In this document: positions 25,601 to 37,725 of the stretch, one piece after another | Numbering within the stretch: position 1 is the first letter of the stretch | How the letters are laid out: each line of letters starts with the position of its first letter | DNA from: Klebsormidium nitens | Taxonomy: Eukaryota; Plantae; Klebsormidiophyceae | Reading direction: 5' to 3' | Assembly: GCA_000708835.1 (NCBI GenBank) | Contig: DF237106.1 | Span: 22,370-86,369 of the forward strand | DNA length: 64,000 nt | Translations under genes and position numbers: made by a program | Notes under the pieces: model-generated | The model's input: only the letters and a program-made list of their open reading frames with translations | Database searches by the model: none | What the model was told of the DNA's origin: nothing

Positions 25601-26714
25601 GGCCGGGTTAACCGACTTGCGGAACCTGGCGTTCAGCGCGAGCGGGCAGTTCTTCGCGTTTCACACGCCCCTGGCCACTGTGAGCACGTTCCTGGAACTA
25701 GGCGCGCGCAACATCGACAAACGACAAGTGGGCTCGTTGGTGGGTCGGGAGACGTCTACCGGTTCCGCCAACGGAACGATTCCGGTGCAGGTGGGGCCCC
25801 TGGCGATTCTGTCCGAGGTCAACATGACGGAGATTTCCTTCGTACTAGTTTTCAACTCGTCCGTCGCGAATCTGACGGTCCAAGATCCGGTCGGGAAGGC
25901 GGTCCAGGTCACCGGCTACAACTTCACCACGACGTACAGCAACTTTTCGAGCGCCCAGAACTTTACGCTGACAACCAACGCGACGCGGCTGAACCAGTCA
26001 CTGGGTTTGAATACGTCGTACAACCTGACGCCCAACACCCGGGTCGACATCGGGCCAAACTTTGTGGGAATTACCATCTTCCAGCCGGTTCCGGGGATCT
26101 ACAACGTGTCCGGCGTTCAAGTCCCCAACGGAACCGCCAACGCCAGCGCACCCGCACCTGCTCCCGCGCCAAACCGAGCCGGCTCGAGAATCGTCGCGCC
26201 CCTGGTTCCCCAGCTCGACCTCTACGTCTACGGCAAGAACCAGCTCGGCGCGCAACTCGTCGCCTTCTCGCTGCCAAACGGGACGGTGAAAGCGCCAACT
26301 GCTGTCGTCATCGAAGGCAGCCTGCAGTACAATGGCCGGCGGGTGCTCAACGCCGACGTCACGGCTGACGTCTTCTTCCCCAACGGCACGCGCGCAGGCA
26401 GTGTTCGGCTTTTGGACGACGGGAACTACGCGGCAAACAACGACACGTTTCCGAACGACGGGTACTACACCGGGCGCTTTGCGGCGTACGGCGTCCGAAC
26501 GGACGGCGCGTACACGTTCCGGCTGACCGCCCGTTCCGGCGGAAACGCCACGATCTACCCCGGGGAAGCGCTCTTTGCGGGGCGGAGCCCCCCGGCGAGT
26601 GTGGAGGGCGGTGTGCCCGATCTAGTTCGCCAGCAGCTTGTGTCTGTCGTTATCTCCAACACCCCCTATTTTGCCCCGGCAGCCACCCCCCCGCGGCCAC
26701 CTGCTTCCACATGA
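22700..26714 (+). CDS. Secreted CLCA-like protein: zincin metalloprotease + vWA + beta-rich C-terminal domains (~777 aa); +1 frameshift at ~24906
   Basis: Exons 22700-22876, 23519-23686, 24066-24229 and 24889-26714. Signal peptide; HEMGHLVFGLGDEY (CLCA HExxH...DEY); CLMD..EFC..HD....Q....RSCWDTI; vWA MIDAS DRSYS and LLTDG; LLDDG...NDGYYTGRF..DGAYTFRLTA resembles the CLCA C-terminal motif. Many NxS/T sites and no C-terminal TM. Confidence 0.85.
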
Positions 26715-28064
26715 GCAAAGTTTTGCTAAGCGTGCCGTTACTCGCCTTTAGGTCAGGTGTTGAATCCTGATTTTGACAGCATGTGTTAAAAAACGTAGGT
26801 GTCGAGGTATGGGACGCCTTTCTGCTGCGCTAAATTGGCGCTCAGACAGCTGGTCAATTGTTGCGTCCAAGTGAAGTCAGATAGTCAATTAAAGTTTGAT
26901 ATGTATATTTGTGAGGATGGTTTGGTAGGCCGGGCGAACGAACGAGTCTTCTTTAGGGGCAATATTTTCTCGATGGAAAGATGAGAAAGTTGATACAATA
27001 CGTCACCACAAATATGTTCGTTTTGTTGCTAGTCGTTCAGATTATGACGGTGGTGCGCTCGCGGCGAGCTGCAGAAAGGTCTATTTAATTTATTGACGTG
27101 AGTCAGGGAGGTGGTGGCCTTGACACTTACATAAGGCCCTACGAAATAGGCCCTGCACTTACGCCGTTCTTCTTCTAGGTTTGAAACCTATACACAAAGA
27201 GTAAGCTCCAAGTGAGGAATTGCAGTTCTCCAACACAATCAAGTAAAGTCGCGTGTCGCCTAGAAGGAAGTGCAGCAAACGGCTCAATTTTGTAAGTACA
27301 TAACCCCGCCTGCTCTAGTATCTGATGCATGCAACCAAGCAGAATCACAAGCGTCCATTCTTCGCAATCATGATGTTTTTGTATGTATGTGGCCGCACCT
27401 TTGGAGTGAGGATGCTATGCAAGCATCAGATGCATAAAACCAGTTGGCCGGAAGAATGGTAAGCCAATCTTTGAATGCAACATTTGAATTAACCATTTGA
27501 AATGTCGCACTCTTGTCTCTCTCAAAGTCTCGTACTGACTTTCCACCAAGATGAAGGGAGCGCCTCGCTCAGTCTCCCTTCTTTTAACTACTGAAGGCCG
27601 GACATTCAGAATCGTTCAAGCTGCCAACGGGAGGAACTCGTACGGTCCTCGTAAACATGCGAGTCCCCTCTGAAAGCAGCTGCTTGTTAGTACACTGAGA
27701 CGGAATCAAAAGTTGAGTCATTTCAAAAACGTATCCACATAAGGGATCAACGACGTACAGCAGAATTGGGCCGTCAATATTGGCAGGCTTTCTTCTATCC
27801 AACCGTAACTGTGGTAGCCTGCTCTTTACTGCAGACTGCATGTTCGGCTGTGGGCTCGGGCCCGGCCTGCCCCATCTATATTTTGTTAAGTGTACTCACA
27901 AGTGTGACTACAATACGCATCACTATACGCTTAGGCTGTCAGACCCCCAAGATGCATCAAACGCAATGAACGCTCTCAGTTAGCCCGTCGATGATCGCCA
28001 GAATTCATTCACCAAAATGTTTTGTTGACTGCGCGCGCAAGACAGGGTAGTCCCGACGAAGGTT

Positions 28065-28205
28065 GCGCCCAGGGATCCGTCTCTACCGGTAAAAAACGCT
28101 CACCATTACACCGTCGGTGGTCGCCGGAATGTGGCGCGGACAGGTAGCCGTGACGGCGGTCGTGCTTCGAGACCCCGCCCGGCAGCCCTTAAGCTTCCCG
28201 TGTCT
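28065..28205 (+). pseudogene. Decayed duplicate of exon 2 of the downstream beta-lactamase-like gene
   Basis: Shares TTACACCGTCGnTGGTCGCCGGAA, CGTGACGGCG, CCCGGCAGCCCTT, GCGCCCAGGGATCC and CGTGTCTG with 30850-30972, but with indels. Confidence 0.7.
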
Positions 28206-30204
28206 GTTTGAAGGCTTCTGCTCATGAGATGAGAGTGTGAATTTTCCAATGTGACCGGAGTTTGAACGCCCACGTATAAGCGTGCAAGCAGACCCTGTGG
28301 TTAGAAATGCCGAGCAGCCTTGAAAGCTCTTGTGCGTCGGCAGATAAGCAGGTTCTCGGATCGACGAGTCTTGTTAAGAAGTTAGTGCGCCACGATCTTC
28401 TAGTTACTATTCCTTGATCACGAGACTCTCACCGAGGTCAGCGGCAATCGTCGTCACCAGCATGCAGGGGATTCGTCGTTTGTTATACTTTTGGGTTTGT
28501 GGCTCAAACAACTTTGACAGCTTAACGTGCCCTGCCCACTCTAAGCCTCGCGCTGGACGTGACGCAATTGCATCTTTTATGACGTTATAGCAGTCCTCTT
28601 GCCTATGAAATCTTCTTTCGGCTAGACCAAAAAGGTAGCCAAGTGTTACTAGCTGTTCTCAGATAGCTGATCTTACGTTGACGTAGCTATTGGGGTCGCC
28701 TTTGGACGTCATCATTGCCGTGTGTCTGGGGCAAGACCAGCAGGCGGGCTTACACAGCAGCCGCGCGCGCTTTTGACTTCTGATTGTCTTACAATCTCAT
28801 CAACGGCAGCGGATTGTACATTCGAGATTTCACGAGGTTATCTGGCGACGTTATCACGACGTTCTCAAACTCCAGCGCATCATCAGCAAACGTCCACCGA
28901 TCGTCAACACCCAGACGTTCGTATTAGCGCCAGCTCAAAGCAAAGTAAGAAAGTGCGGAAATATAAGCCTGATGTCTTGCTCCGAGCGAAAAGAAGGCAA
29001 AAATGGCATGAACTCGATCCGTTGGGGCTCGATTATTCGGTGGACGATCTGAGTCTGCTTTTGGTCGAGCCCCTTCCGTATCAAACCAAAAGTGGGCTGA
29101 CCGCCTCTATTGCACCCGCCAGGGGATGTTTTTACGCTTCAGCGGAATGCGCCCTATTCAACGGCAACAGGACGTTCTTACCAGTCCCATTAAAAAAGAA
29201 TGATAATTTCGTGTTACCATGAGATCTTCCCCGCGCGTGAAAGCTATGCAATTGCTGAGGTTGATGAAGAGAAATCGCAGGATCAATTCAGCTTAAAATG
29301 CCGTTTAAAGTGGAGATCGACGGCCAAAGCGCCTTTTGAAGATCAGTATACGTAGACCTCAGCAGATTGGTCAGAGTTACAAACCCGAGAAACTTTTCCA
29401 TTCTAAGTAATGTCACGAACGACGCTTGACGTTCTAGTCAGCCGGCAATAAGATGGGCTTTACCGACTTACTTCGTCACGAGTTTTCCTTGTAAGTATAT
29501 ATGTACAATAGTTATCACACGTACTGTCTTGCTTATCGGATGCTGCTCTCTATTGGGAAGGGCATACGGTCGCGGCAAAACTCCGGAGCGGAACGTTTAA
29601 CCAAGCACTCGAATTAGAGGTATCAACGGTTATGGTTGAGGAAGCTAGCTACCTTCACTCTGCATGTATCTTTGAGCAGCCTTTAGCTATCCGCTGCTAC
29701 CACAAACCAGATACGCACAATGTCATCCTGCTTATAAGGGTCATTCTTGCCGTGCTACCTGCAACAAAACCAGCATTCAATCTCAGGTGACGGCTTCCTC
29801 TCTATCATACTTCGGTCCAGATATCCCCAAACCTGCCCGGTGTGGTCTCAAAATGGTCATTTTAAGGACCTACGACCGAAACATCGTTCAGAAGCGCAAA
29901 CGAATGTTTTCGGGTAACCTAGCGGAAATACTTACCGCAGATTTTAGGTTATGCTGCTGTGTAGACTCTCGCTATCGAGCACTTGAAATTGGATGATCCA
30001 GCGCCTTGCTCTGAGTTCGAAGCTGAGAGCGCGAGAACAGAGCAAGAACGGAGTTTTGAGTCCGGCCTGGAACGTTTGCTTCATGAGTGACTTGCTTCGC
30101 TTTTGCAACGCTTCCCACATCTCCGCTTTCAAGCTTCCCACGTTTCCGTCCCGCTGAGTGAGCGGACCGCACCCGTTGTGCTCTGCCGTCGCCCGTTCCG
30201 CAGA

Positions 30205-33200
30205 ATGGCTGCCACGTGGCGTCTGCGCAGGGCACTCCCGCTGCTTCTGTGCCTTGTCTCAATGCCCGGCTCGTTCTGCGACGGGCGGGCACGAACCCCC
30301 GTGCAGCAGGCAGGACAACTAGACACGGGAGAAGAGGCATCCGCCCTCTTGGAAAGCGTTCCCGGGTATCTTGCAAGCGTGCTTTGCGACGGTAAGGCGT
30401 CAAGAACTTTTCTTTTAGAGCTTTTCTTGCTCCAGAATGAAGGGGCATGCAGAGGAGAATTGGATGACCTCGCTCACAGAAAGCCAGGGCAGCTCATTAC
30501 GTGTGACGCAATCACAGCTAGTTGACGTCTTAATTTCCCGAACCAACGGACCTTGTTTTCAGTGATTCCTTCATCGCGAACAAGGATAGGATGGATGACG
30601 TTTTGGTTGGAAAATCTGCTGTCTCATCCTGCATGCAATTCCTCAGATCACCAAAGTATAAGTATCGATCTTTGAAATCAGCCTTGCATCCATCCCCCTC
30701 GAAATTGTGTTTTATGCAACTCAGTATTCGCTCCGTTTACTGCAGGCCTGTTTATCTCCGACCGCACCCTGGCCAGCCTTCTTTCCAGCGAAGGATGCCT
30801 CCTCGGTTGCGCGCTCCTGCCAGAGTTGCTGGCGACCAACGCGCTCAGTTACACCGTCGATGGTCGCCGGAAGTCGGTAACCGCGCGCGCGGGACACGTG
30901 GTCGTGACGGCGACTGCGCCCAGGGATCCCTCCCGGCAGCCCTTCTCGTGTCTGGTGAAGACCTCGGCTCAGGTAGGAATAAAAGGCTCACGAAAACCCG
31001 GTTTGAGACTGCGTTCGAGTCTTTTGTTAACTCAGGTCTGAAACTCTGAGGCGATGTACTCAGAGCAGGTCTACTTTTGTCGAAATTTTGCTGGCAAGTT
31101 AGACGAGATTGGGGTGCTGGGAGTTGCGCAACCCTTTAGCGGTTAAGAAGCTTTTCCGCTTGGCAGTTCCGAAAAGGGACCAGAGAAGTCAAACCGCTCT
31201 TCTTGTTTGTTTGACGTCTTCTGCGAAGGCCCAAGTCAGTAAAACTTTGACAGCGCAACAACAATAAATGCGAAACCTTCTCGTCTAATCTTTCGCCGTC
31301 TTCACCCATCAATCGAAACCCGTTACCTCCTCTTCTTCTTCCGGTCTGGCCTTGTTGCTGCAACATTTTGCAAAGCTCAGCTCCACGTTTGCGTCCGTCG
31401 CTGGATTGGATTTCCAATCTTCCGAATCGAAATTCAAGCGCCCAGAGAGTGTGACGTCACGGGCGGTGCGCGCGCGCAGGTCGGCCCGGTGGTTCGTCCC
31501 GTTTACCGTTCCAACGGGTCGCCATATCGGCGCTTCGATTGGCCAGAGGCGCGCGGCGGCACCTCTTCCGAGTTCTCCGGCGTGGACTACGGGCGCCTCG
31601 CGGCCGCGATCGCGCCGTTTTTTGCCGATCCAATGGCGCCCAACTCGGTCGCCAACGCCACAGAGACACGCGCTGTGGTCGTGATTTACCAGGTGAGGGC
31701 TGCCAACGTACACCTGTTTGGAAATAAGAATCTGGCGACAATCTGGCGACAATCTGGCTTACGCCTTCTCCACGAAGACGCCGAAACCTGTATCTCTGGC
31801 CCCTGAGAATGCGCGGCGCGTCTGTGGGTGACCCGGATTGTCTGATCGGCTCAGCCGACGTATGTGGGCACACTCAAGGATTGTGTCTCTTCTGATAAAC
31901 TGTGTGAGCAGATAATGCTTACAGGAAACTTCTTATCTATCGTTTCTCTGGCTTGTCCTTTTGAATTGCAAGTTTGATCCTTCATCTGGCTGTGGTTGCA
32001 CGACCGATCTTCATCTTAAGAACTCCTCGCTTTATTTGCAGCAAGTATTCGGAATCCTTCCACGGGGTAGACGACTGGCTAAGCCTTCACGAATGTGTTG
32101 CGATTTCTTTGATGCTAACTTTCCCTCGTCCAATTGCAGGGCAAAATCATAGCGGAGCGGTACGCAGAAAGCCTCGGCTTCTTTGAGACGACACCGCTGC
32201 TCGGGTGGTCAATGGGAAAGAGCCTGACGTCCGCGCTTGTAGGGCTGCGCATCGGTGACGGTAAGGGGCTCACGTGTTTTGTGTGTCATCCGGGAAACTA
32301 GACCGTCTTTACAGTTTCAGGGCCACGTATCTGTCAAGTTACCACGCGATGTTTGTCATGCGGTTATTCGAAACATGTTCGTTCATCGCGTTGAAGAATG
32401 TTCTCCGCAATCTGTGTTCGGCAAACCCGTGCAAGGGTTATCCAAAACCTGCAATCGGTCAGTATAGTTCTGGAGGCAAACTCAATGTCATATTTGAGTT
32501 TTCTTTACCCGAAACACGCAGGGGCCCTGAATCTCACAGACTTGGCGAATCCGCGCGCCTGGAGTCCCGCGGAAGTGGCGGAACGGAACATCACCGTGGC
32601 GGACCTGCTCCATCAGACAAGCGGAATCCGGTGGAACGAGTCGTCTTTGCCCGGTTCGGACGCCAACAGGGTCACGTTCGGCCTCGCGCAGAACGACACC
32701 GAAATGTTCGTTGTCGCCCGCCCTCAAGCTGTGCCCGCCGGTGAGTGACTTGCGACCTTTCGGATTCGGAACCTTCTGCTTTTCTCAAAGTGTCCGGTTC
32801 CGTCTGTCTTTCGGCCGCTTCCGTCCGCAAGCGGAACGATCAAATAAATTTTGACGAGAAGTTCGTCGCCGCCCGCCGGTGAGTGATTAGATCGAGGCTT
32901 CCGGCGTCCCGTTCCGCCCGCATTCCGGCCGCTTCTGTTCGCACTCAGAATGATCGCTAAGAGGACAACGAGAAGCTTTCTTAGCAGCGCAACTTAAGCT
33001 GTGCCCGCCCGGTGTGTGACTAGAATGAGGATTCCGGCGTCGGCATGTCGGCCGCTTCTGTTTCGTTTCCGTTCGCATTCTGGCCGCTTCTATCCGCACT
33101 CCGAATGATTGCTCAGAGACGTTTCGTGGCACCGCACCTCAAGTTGTGCCAGCGTGTGGGTTATTGGAACTCGGCGTCCGCGCGATCGCTAGCTAAGTGT

Positions 33201-35146
33201 CCGGTTCCCGTCCGCATTACGGCCACTCCGGTCCTCCTTAAATTGAAGACAGCCTGTGTACCGGTTTGCAAGTCAGTCGGCCGGAACTCGAAGATGTGGG
33301 TTTCCGAACGGTTACGGAAGCTTTCGTGCGCAGTCAGCTTTAACGATCAAAGGATAGCAAGACGTTCTGCCCGCCACCCTCTAGTTAAGCGCGCAGATTG
33401 TCGGTTTCGTCCGCATTCCGGCCACTTCCGTCCGCCGTCGATTGCAAAAGACGATTGCAAAAGACACAAACTTCTGGGCGTAAAGCCCGCGAGCTGTGCG
33501 CGTGGGGGGGTGGAATCTGTTCGCGTGTTTGGCACTGGCCGCATCCGTGCTGCCCATTGGCGCCTTTCGCAGATCTTTGACACTTCCTTACAGTCCGTTC
33601 GATATCTTTTGACCATCCCTTCCGTCCGTTACCAAACGTTGACCGTCCCTGCAGGTTTGCAAAGCGTCCAGGATTGTACTTCGACGATCCTCGACTTTTA
33701 TCCGCAGTTGGCGAAACCGTCTGTGGCGAACCGCTTGGACCGGACCAAGTTTTCTCATTGCTTCCTTCCGCTTGCCAACACAGAAGGTTCCAAAAAAAGC
33801 AAACTCCATCGAATTGCTTCAGATCGGAACAGCTTCGCCATTTCTCGAATTTAAGTTCTATCTTCAGTTCTTGCGCCATCTGAGAAGAATAAGGATCTCC
33901 GTTTTGAGTCAGCGGTCGCTTCGGAGCTCTCTCCGTGTACCCTGATTTTGCTGCACAAACTCCTCATAAGGCGGCCGCCAGCTTACCATAAGAGTGCCCC
34001 CCTTCCGCAGGCACCCGGTTCGACTACAGCACTGGGAACGTCCAACTGCTGCAAGGTCAGTTGCGCCGCAGCTTCCGCGGGAACGACGTAGCGTATTGGA
34101 GCTACCCCTATAATCGCCTGTTCAAGCCGATCGGCGCGCGATCCTTCAAGCTCAGCTTTGACGGCGTCGGTACCATTCAGGTAATCCGCACATTATGACA
34201 GCTCTACAACCCTGCAGATTCCTTTGTTACGAACAGGGGACGTTAGCCACAGATGGCGTGCATTACAACAGAGCTTCCGCCTTTGTGATAGTTGTGCGTC
34301 TTGAATTGCGCGAACTTCCTGAATCTCTAGACATAGCATACACCCTAGCGAGACTGTTCATCTTATGCTTCTCGAGGCATTCAAATCTGCCCCATTGGAC
34401 ATTCGGCTTCTTAAGCCGTTCGGCTTTGGAGTCTCAGCCCGTTTCCATAAATCTCGAATTGCAATCGTACTCGAGATGCATCCACAAAAAGCAGGCTCTT
34501 TAGCTGTCTGGCGGGCTCCTAAAGAAGAAGTTTTGCTGTCGCGGCCAATCCGCGGCGTCAACGTCAAAAAGCGCAGGCTTCGCTCAAAACTGATCATTCA
34601 AACCCGTTCATATACTCCCTCTCAACAACAGGACGAAGGCCCATCAGTCTGCACCAATTTCTAATTTAGTTAAACTAGTGAACTAGTTTGGGGCGTTTCT
34701 GTGGGCAGGCCAGCTCCAGCGTATACGCGACCGCGCGCGACTGGGCGCGCCTGGGACAGCTGTACCTGCAGGACGGCGTCTGGGACGGCACGCGCATTCT
34801 GCCACGTGGCTGGGTGCGCTACTCGCGCACGCCCTCCTCGCCCTCCGTACGACACGTGTGCGGCCCAGTGTCGCTCGCACTGGGCCTCTGCGCACCGTAC
34901 GGCGCGCTCTGGTGGGTCGCCCCGCTCAAGGGCGTCTCCGCGGCCGCGTACGCGGCGGAGGGTTTTGAGGGACAGTACGTAGTGGTCGTGCCGGACCAAG
35001 AGCTTGTGGTAGTGCAACTAGGGTGGGCGAGAAACGATGCCCTTGACGACTACTATGCGGGGGTCCTGGTGCGCCACGTCAGTGAGGCGGTGCCACGTGG
35101 CAAAAGCCCACGTGCGAAGAATACTCCAGGTTTTAGTCTCCCTTAG
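30205..35146 (+). CDS. Secreted serine hydrolase, beta-lactamase class C / NylB-like family, 7 exons, ~524 aa
   Basis: Exons 30205-30391, 30746-30972, 31480-31692 (an acceptor at 31380 is also in frame), 32140-32260, 32522-32740, 34011-34180 and 34709-35146 join in frame. Motifs: GWSMGKS (SxxK), DLLHQTSG, RFDYSTG, ATARDWARLGQLYL, AEGFEGQYVVVVP. Signal peptide present. Confidence 0.88.
32722..33260 (+). repeat. Degenerate ~135-145-bp tandem repeats (about 4 units) carrying copies of the exon-5 splice donor
   Basis: CAAGCTGTGCCCGCCG/GTGAGTGACT at ~32725 recurs as GCCCGCCGGTGAGTGATT (~32870), TAAGCTGTGCCCGCCCGGTGTGTGACT (~32995) and CAAGTTGTGCCAGCGTGTGGG (~33140). Most units are followed by TTCCGGCG...CATTCCGGCCGCTTCT-like text. 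Confidence 0.75.
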
Positions 35147-36329
35147 AGTTTCACCAATAGTGGGACAATTTTCCTGGTTCATGAACTTCTTACGGACAAT
35201 AATGGGACAGGAAGACCTCGGTTTTGAGTCGATATTCCACATTGGCCCGCTTAGCTCATAAAACAGTTGATTAGGTCACCGTGATCGTGTATGACGTGAT
35301 ACCTTAGCAAGATTTCAGATTGCTAAGCGCTCTACTTGTCGTCCCAGGATGCATAGACGTGCGAGAAAATACTCATGTCTACGCGTCCACATCTATATTT
35401 TCGAATTTCAATCCAGATTAAGCCAAGAGGCCCATACGTACAAAGCCTGAGAAACTTTGTTACCAGTTTTATCTGGTTGTTGGTCAAAGTCTTCTTTTCG
35501 GATTCTGATGCAGTATGATGCATCTCAAAGAGGACCCAAGGAAACATATTCATTTGCAGAATTGTCGCTAGCTGATTGATGAAGAACTACTCGGCAGATC
35601 AAGCGTAAGGCTCTCGCAAGCTGTGAATTGTTCTTGCGAACGGAATCTCTAACGGAGACTTCAAGTGTAACAGAAGGTTCCAGCTTTGAGGCAGTACAGA
35701 GCAGTCGCCGTGTTTGCATATGCGTCGAAAAGACGGTAAGGCTTTTTGCAGCAATCAGTCGAGATCGCGCCGAATGCCATGTATGCTATGGCTTCCGCCA
35801 TTTATATGCGACCATGAGGAACACTCGCTTTATGCTTGACCAAACCTGGGCGCGCGCGCTTTGGCTTATTGCCGGCATGTGACGGCAGCAACTTACAGAG
35901 ACTAATTTGAGGTCAAAGAAAAGAATGAAGGTCTGGTGCCATGCATTTCAGACAAAGTGATATATCAAGAGGATTTACCCAGCCTTTAAAATGAATGATA
36001 TAAAACAGACTCAGCGTACCGGCCCCTTTCTAATCAAAGGTCAATCTAAGACAATCATGATTGTCCTGAACCAGTGTACGTTTGGTACGTTGATGATTTA
36101 ACTCCATTTGAATTATCCTGTACTTAACTACAGACTAAAGGCCTCTTAGGGTTTGTAATCTTCCCCTGAAGTTGAAACGTAAGCTTCAAAATGACACCTC
36201 ACGTCGTTGGCATTCTACCGTTAACAATACAGTAGATGCGAAGGCGGTCTTGTCCTACAGTTATCGTTTTTATGTGAGGTCAAACTAGCGATTCTGGCAC
36301 TCAATCGAAGAGTGCTGAAGCCTTAACCC

Positions 36330-37367
36330 CTATCTTAGGAACCCACTCAGGGGCCTCCCACATAGGTTGCACCGTTTATCTTCGTTCGCCGTACGACCCA
36401 CTGTTCCAGCTTCCTCTCCAGGGCTATAGCGCCTGGCTCCTATTCCGCAGAGTCCGCTGAGCCGAATTCCCCAGTCAAGGAAAGCCTCCCGATTGGCGGA
36501 AGCCTCTAGATGCATCCGACTACAATTGAAGTGGGCGTCCTCAAACGTCGCGTGCAAGCACAGCTCCACGTTACCTGTGAATACGTTATACTTTCCAGGT
36601 TCGGCGAAGTGCCAGCAAACGCTACTGGCGGAGTCAAAATAATATGTGCGCAAAAATGAGCTCCGCATCCTCCGCTCCTCCTCATTTTTGTATAGGGGCG
36701 CCCACTTCACTGACCCGCCTCCGAAGACAATGTAGGACTCCAACTGTACATCGGCTTTTGCCCAAGAAACCTCTGTGATCTCGACGGGCAGGTTCTTGAT
36801 TGGACACAAGGGATGTAGGTGGCTGATCTTTGAAAAGTAGTAGGCATCGAAACCAATATGGTACAGCGCGTTTTGCACTTTGCGTGAAGCTTGACCCACT
36901 CCATACAAGCAGAGCCGCCCCTGCAGCGTCCTCACCAAGACCAGAAAGCTTATCTCGGACCGCGACTCAATCTTCTTGAGACTCTCCTCGAAAAAAGCTG
37001 GTTTGTTCTTGTAACAAGCTAGTCTCTCTGACATTTCTTTGGCCCAGCGTGCTCGAACGAGAGCCTCGTAGCCACCGAAACGCTCGACTACTTCTCCAAA
37101 TGCTGCTGCTTCGGGGTCCTTAGGTTCGGGAGCTTCTGCAGGGCTGTAAAAAGCAGATCTCCATAGAGAAGCATGCGAGGAAAGTACGGAGTGTAGGTTC
37201 TTGCACGCAGCGCTAGCAGCTAGCAAAGCTGGAGGATCCTGCGAAGCAAGCTTGTTCAAGATAGTAAACAAAGCTCCGTCGTGCAATTGAAGAACGTTTG
37301 TTACTTCCTTGGCCGCCTTCACGTTTCCTGGTCTTTGGAGTATCTGCTGATCGTTACTCCGCTCCAT
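36330..37367 (-). CDS. F-box protein, array copy A (intact, intronless, 345 aa)
   Basis: N-terminal F-box-like LHDGALFTILNKLASQDPPALLAASAACKNLHSV..SLWR. The family C-terminal domain ends CNLCGRPL. Confidence 0.8.
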   Translation of the reverse strand: MERSNDQQILQRPGNVKAAKEVTNVLQLHDGALFTILNKLASQDPPALLAASAACKNLHSVLSSHASLWRSAFYSPAEAPEPKDPEAAAFGEVVERFGGYEALVRARWAKEMSERLACYKNKPAFFEESLKKIESRSEISFLVLVRTLQGRLCLYGVGQASRKVQNALYHIGFDAYYFSKISHLHPLCPIKNLPVEITEVSWAKADVQLESYIVFGGGSVKWAPLYKNEEERRMRSSFLRTYYFDSASSVCWHFAEPGKYNVFTGNVELCLHATFEDAHFNCSRMHLEASANREAFLDWGIRLSGLCGIGARRYSPGEEAGTVGRTANEDKRCNLCGRPLSGFLR

Positions 37368-37677
37368 TGCCTTAGCTTGTTCGAGATTTGAGTCGGTGAT
37401 ATGGTCTTAGGAGCCCCACGACGTTCGCTGGGGTCTGCTTTGTACTGCGGGCTAAAAATTTCAAGTTCAAACCACGCCGCTTGCTATCTGCACATGCAAA
37501 CGTCCAGATGCTTACAGGCTTCCAGTATTGTTTGTTCAAACTCCAAGAGTCTTTGGTCAGATTTCAGGTCCGGAGGAAACTTCAAGATCAGGCCTTGTAT
37601 CTTGCTCGTAAAAGAATCAGGTTGACTGACCACCGCGGCATTCCTATGAGTCGACTGCCAGCAAATGTCGGCTCCTT

Positions 37678-37725
37678 GCAGAATTCCGCGCGGCTTTGCC
37701 ATCGCGGCCGGCTTGCGTTTCCGGC
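37678..37725. promoter_or_regulatory. Conserved GC-rich upstream motif of F-box copy A
   Basis: GCAGAATTCCGCGCGGCTTTGCC..TCGCGGCCGGCTTG lies ~310 nt upstream of the ATG. Near-identical copies occur at 40085 and 43878. Confidence 0.55.

Noticed and set aside
25304-26368. 354-aa Arg-rich ORF overlapping the CLCA-like exon
   Set aside because: Alternative-frame artefact of high GC3 codon usage.
32722-33260. Repeats considered as a CRISPR-like array
   Set aside because: Units are degenerate tandem copies without unique spacers, in a eukaryotic intron with no cas genes.
33045-33879. 269-aa (+) and 164-aa (-) ORFs in beta-lactamase intron 5
   Set aside because: They lie in degenerate repeat-derived intron sequence and have no protein-like motifs.
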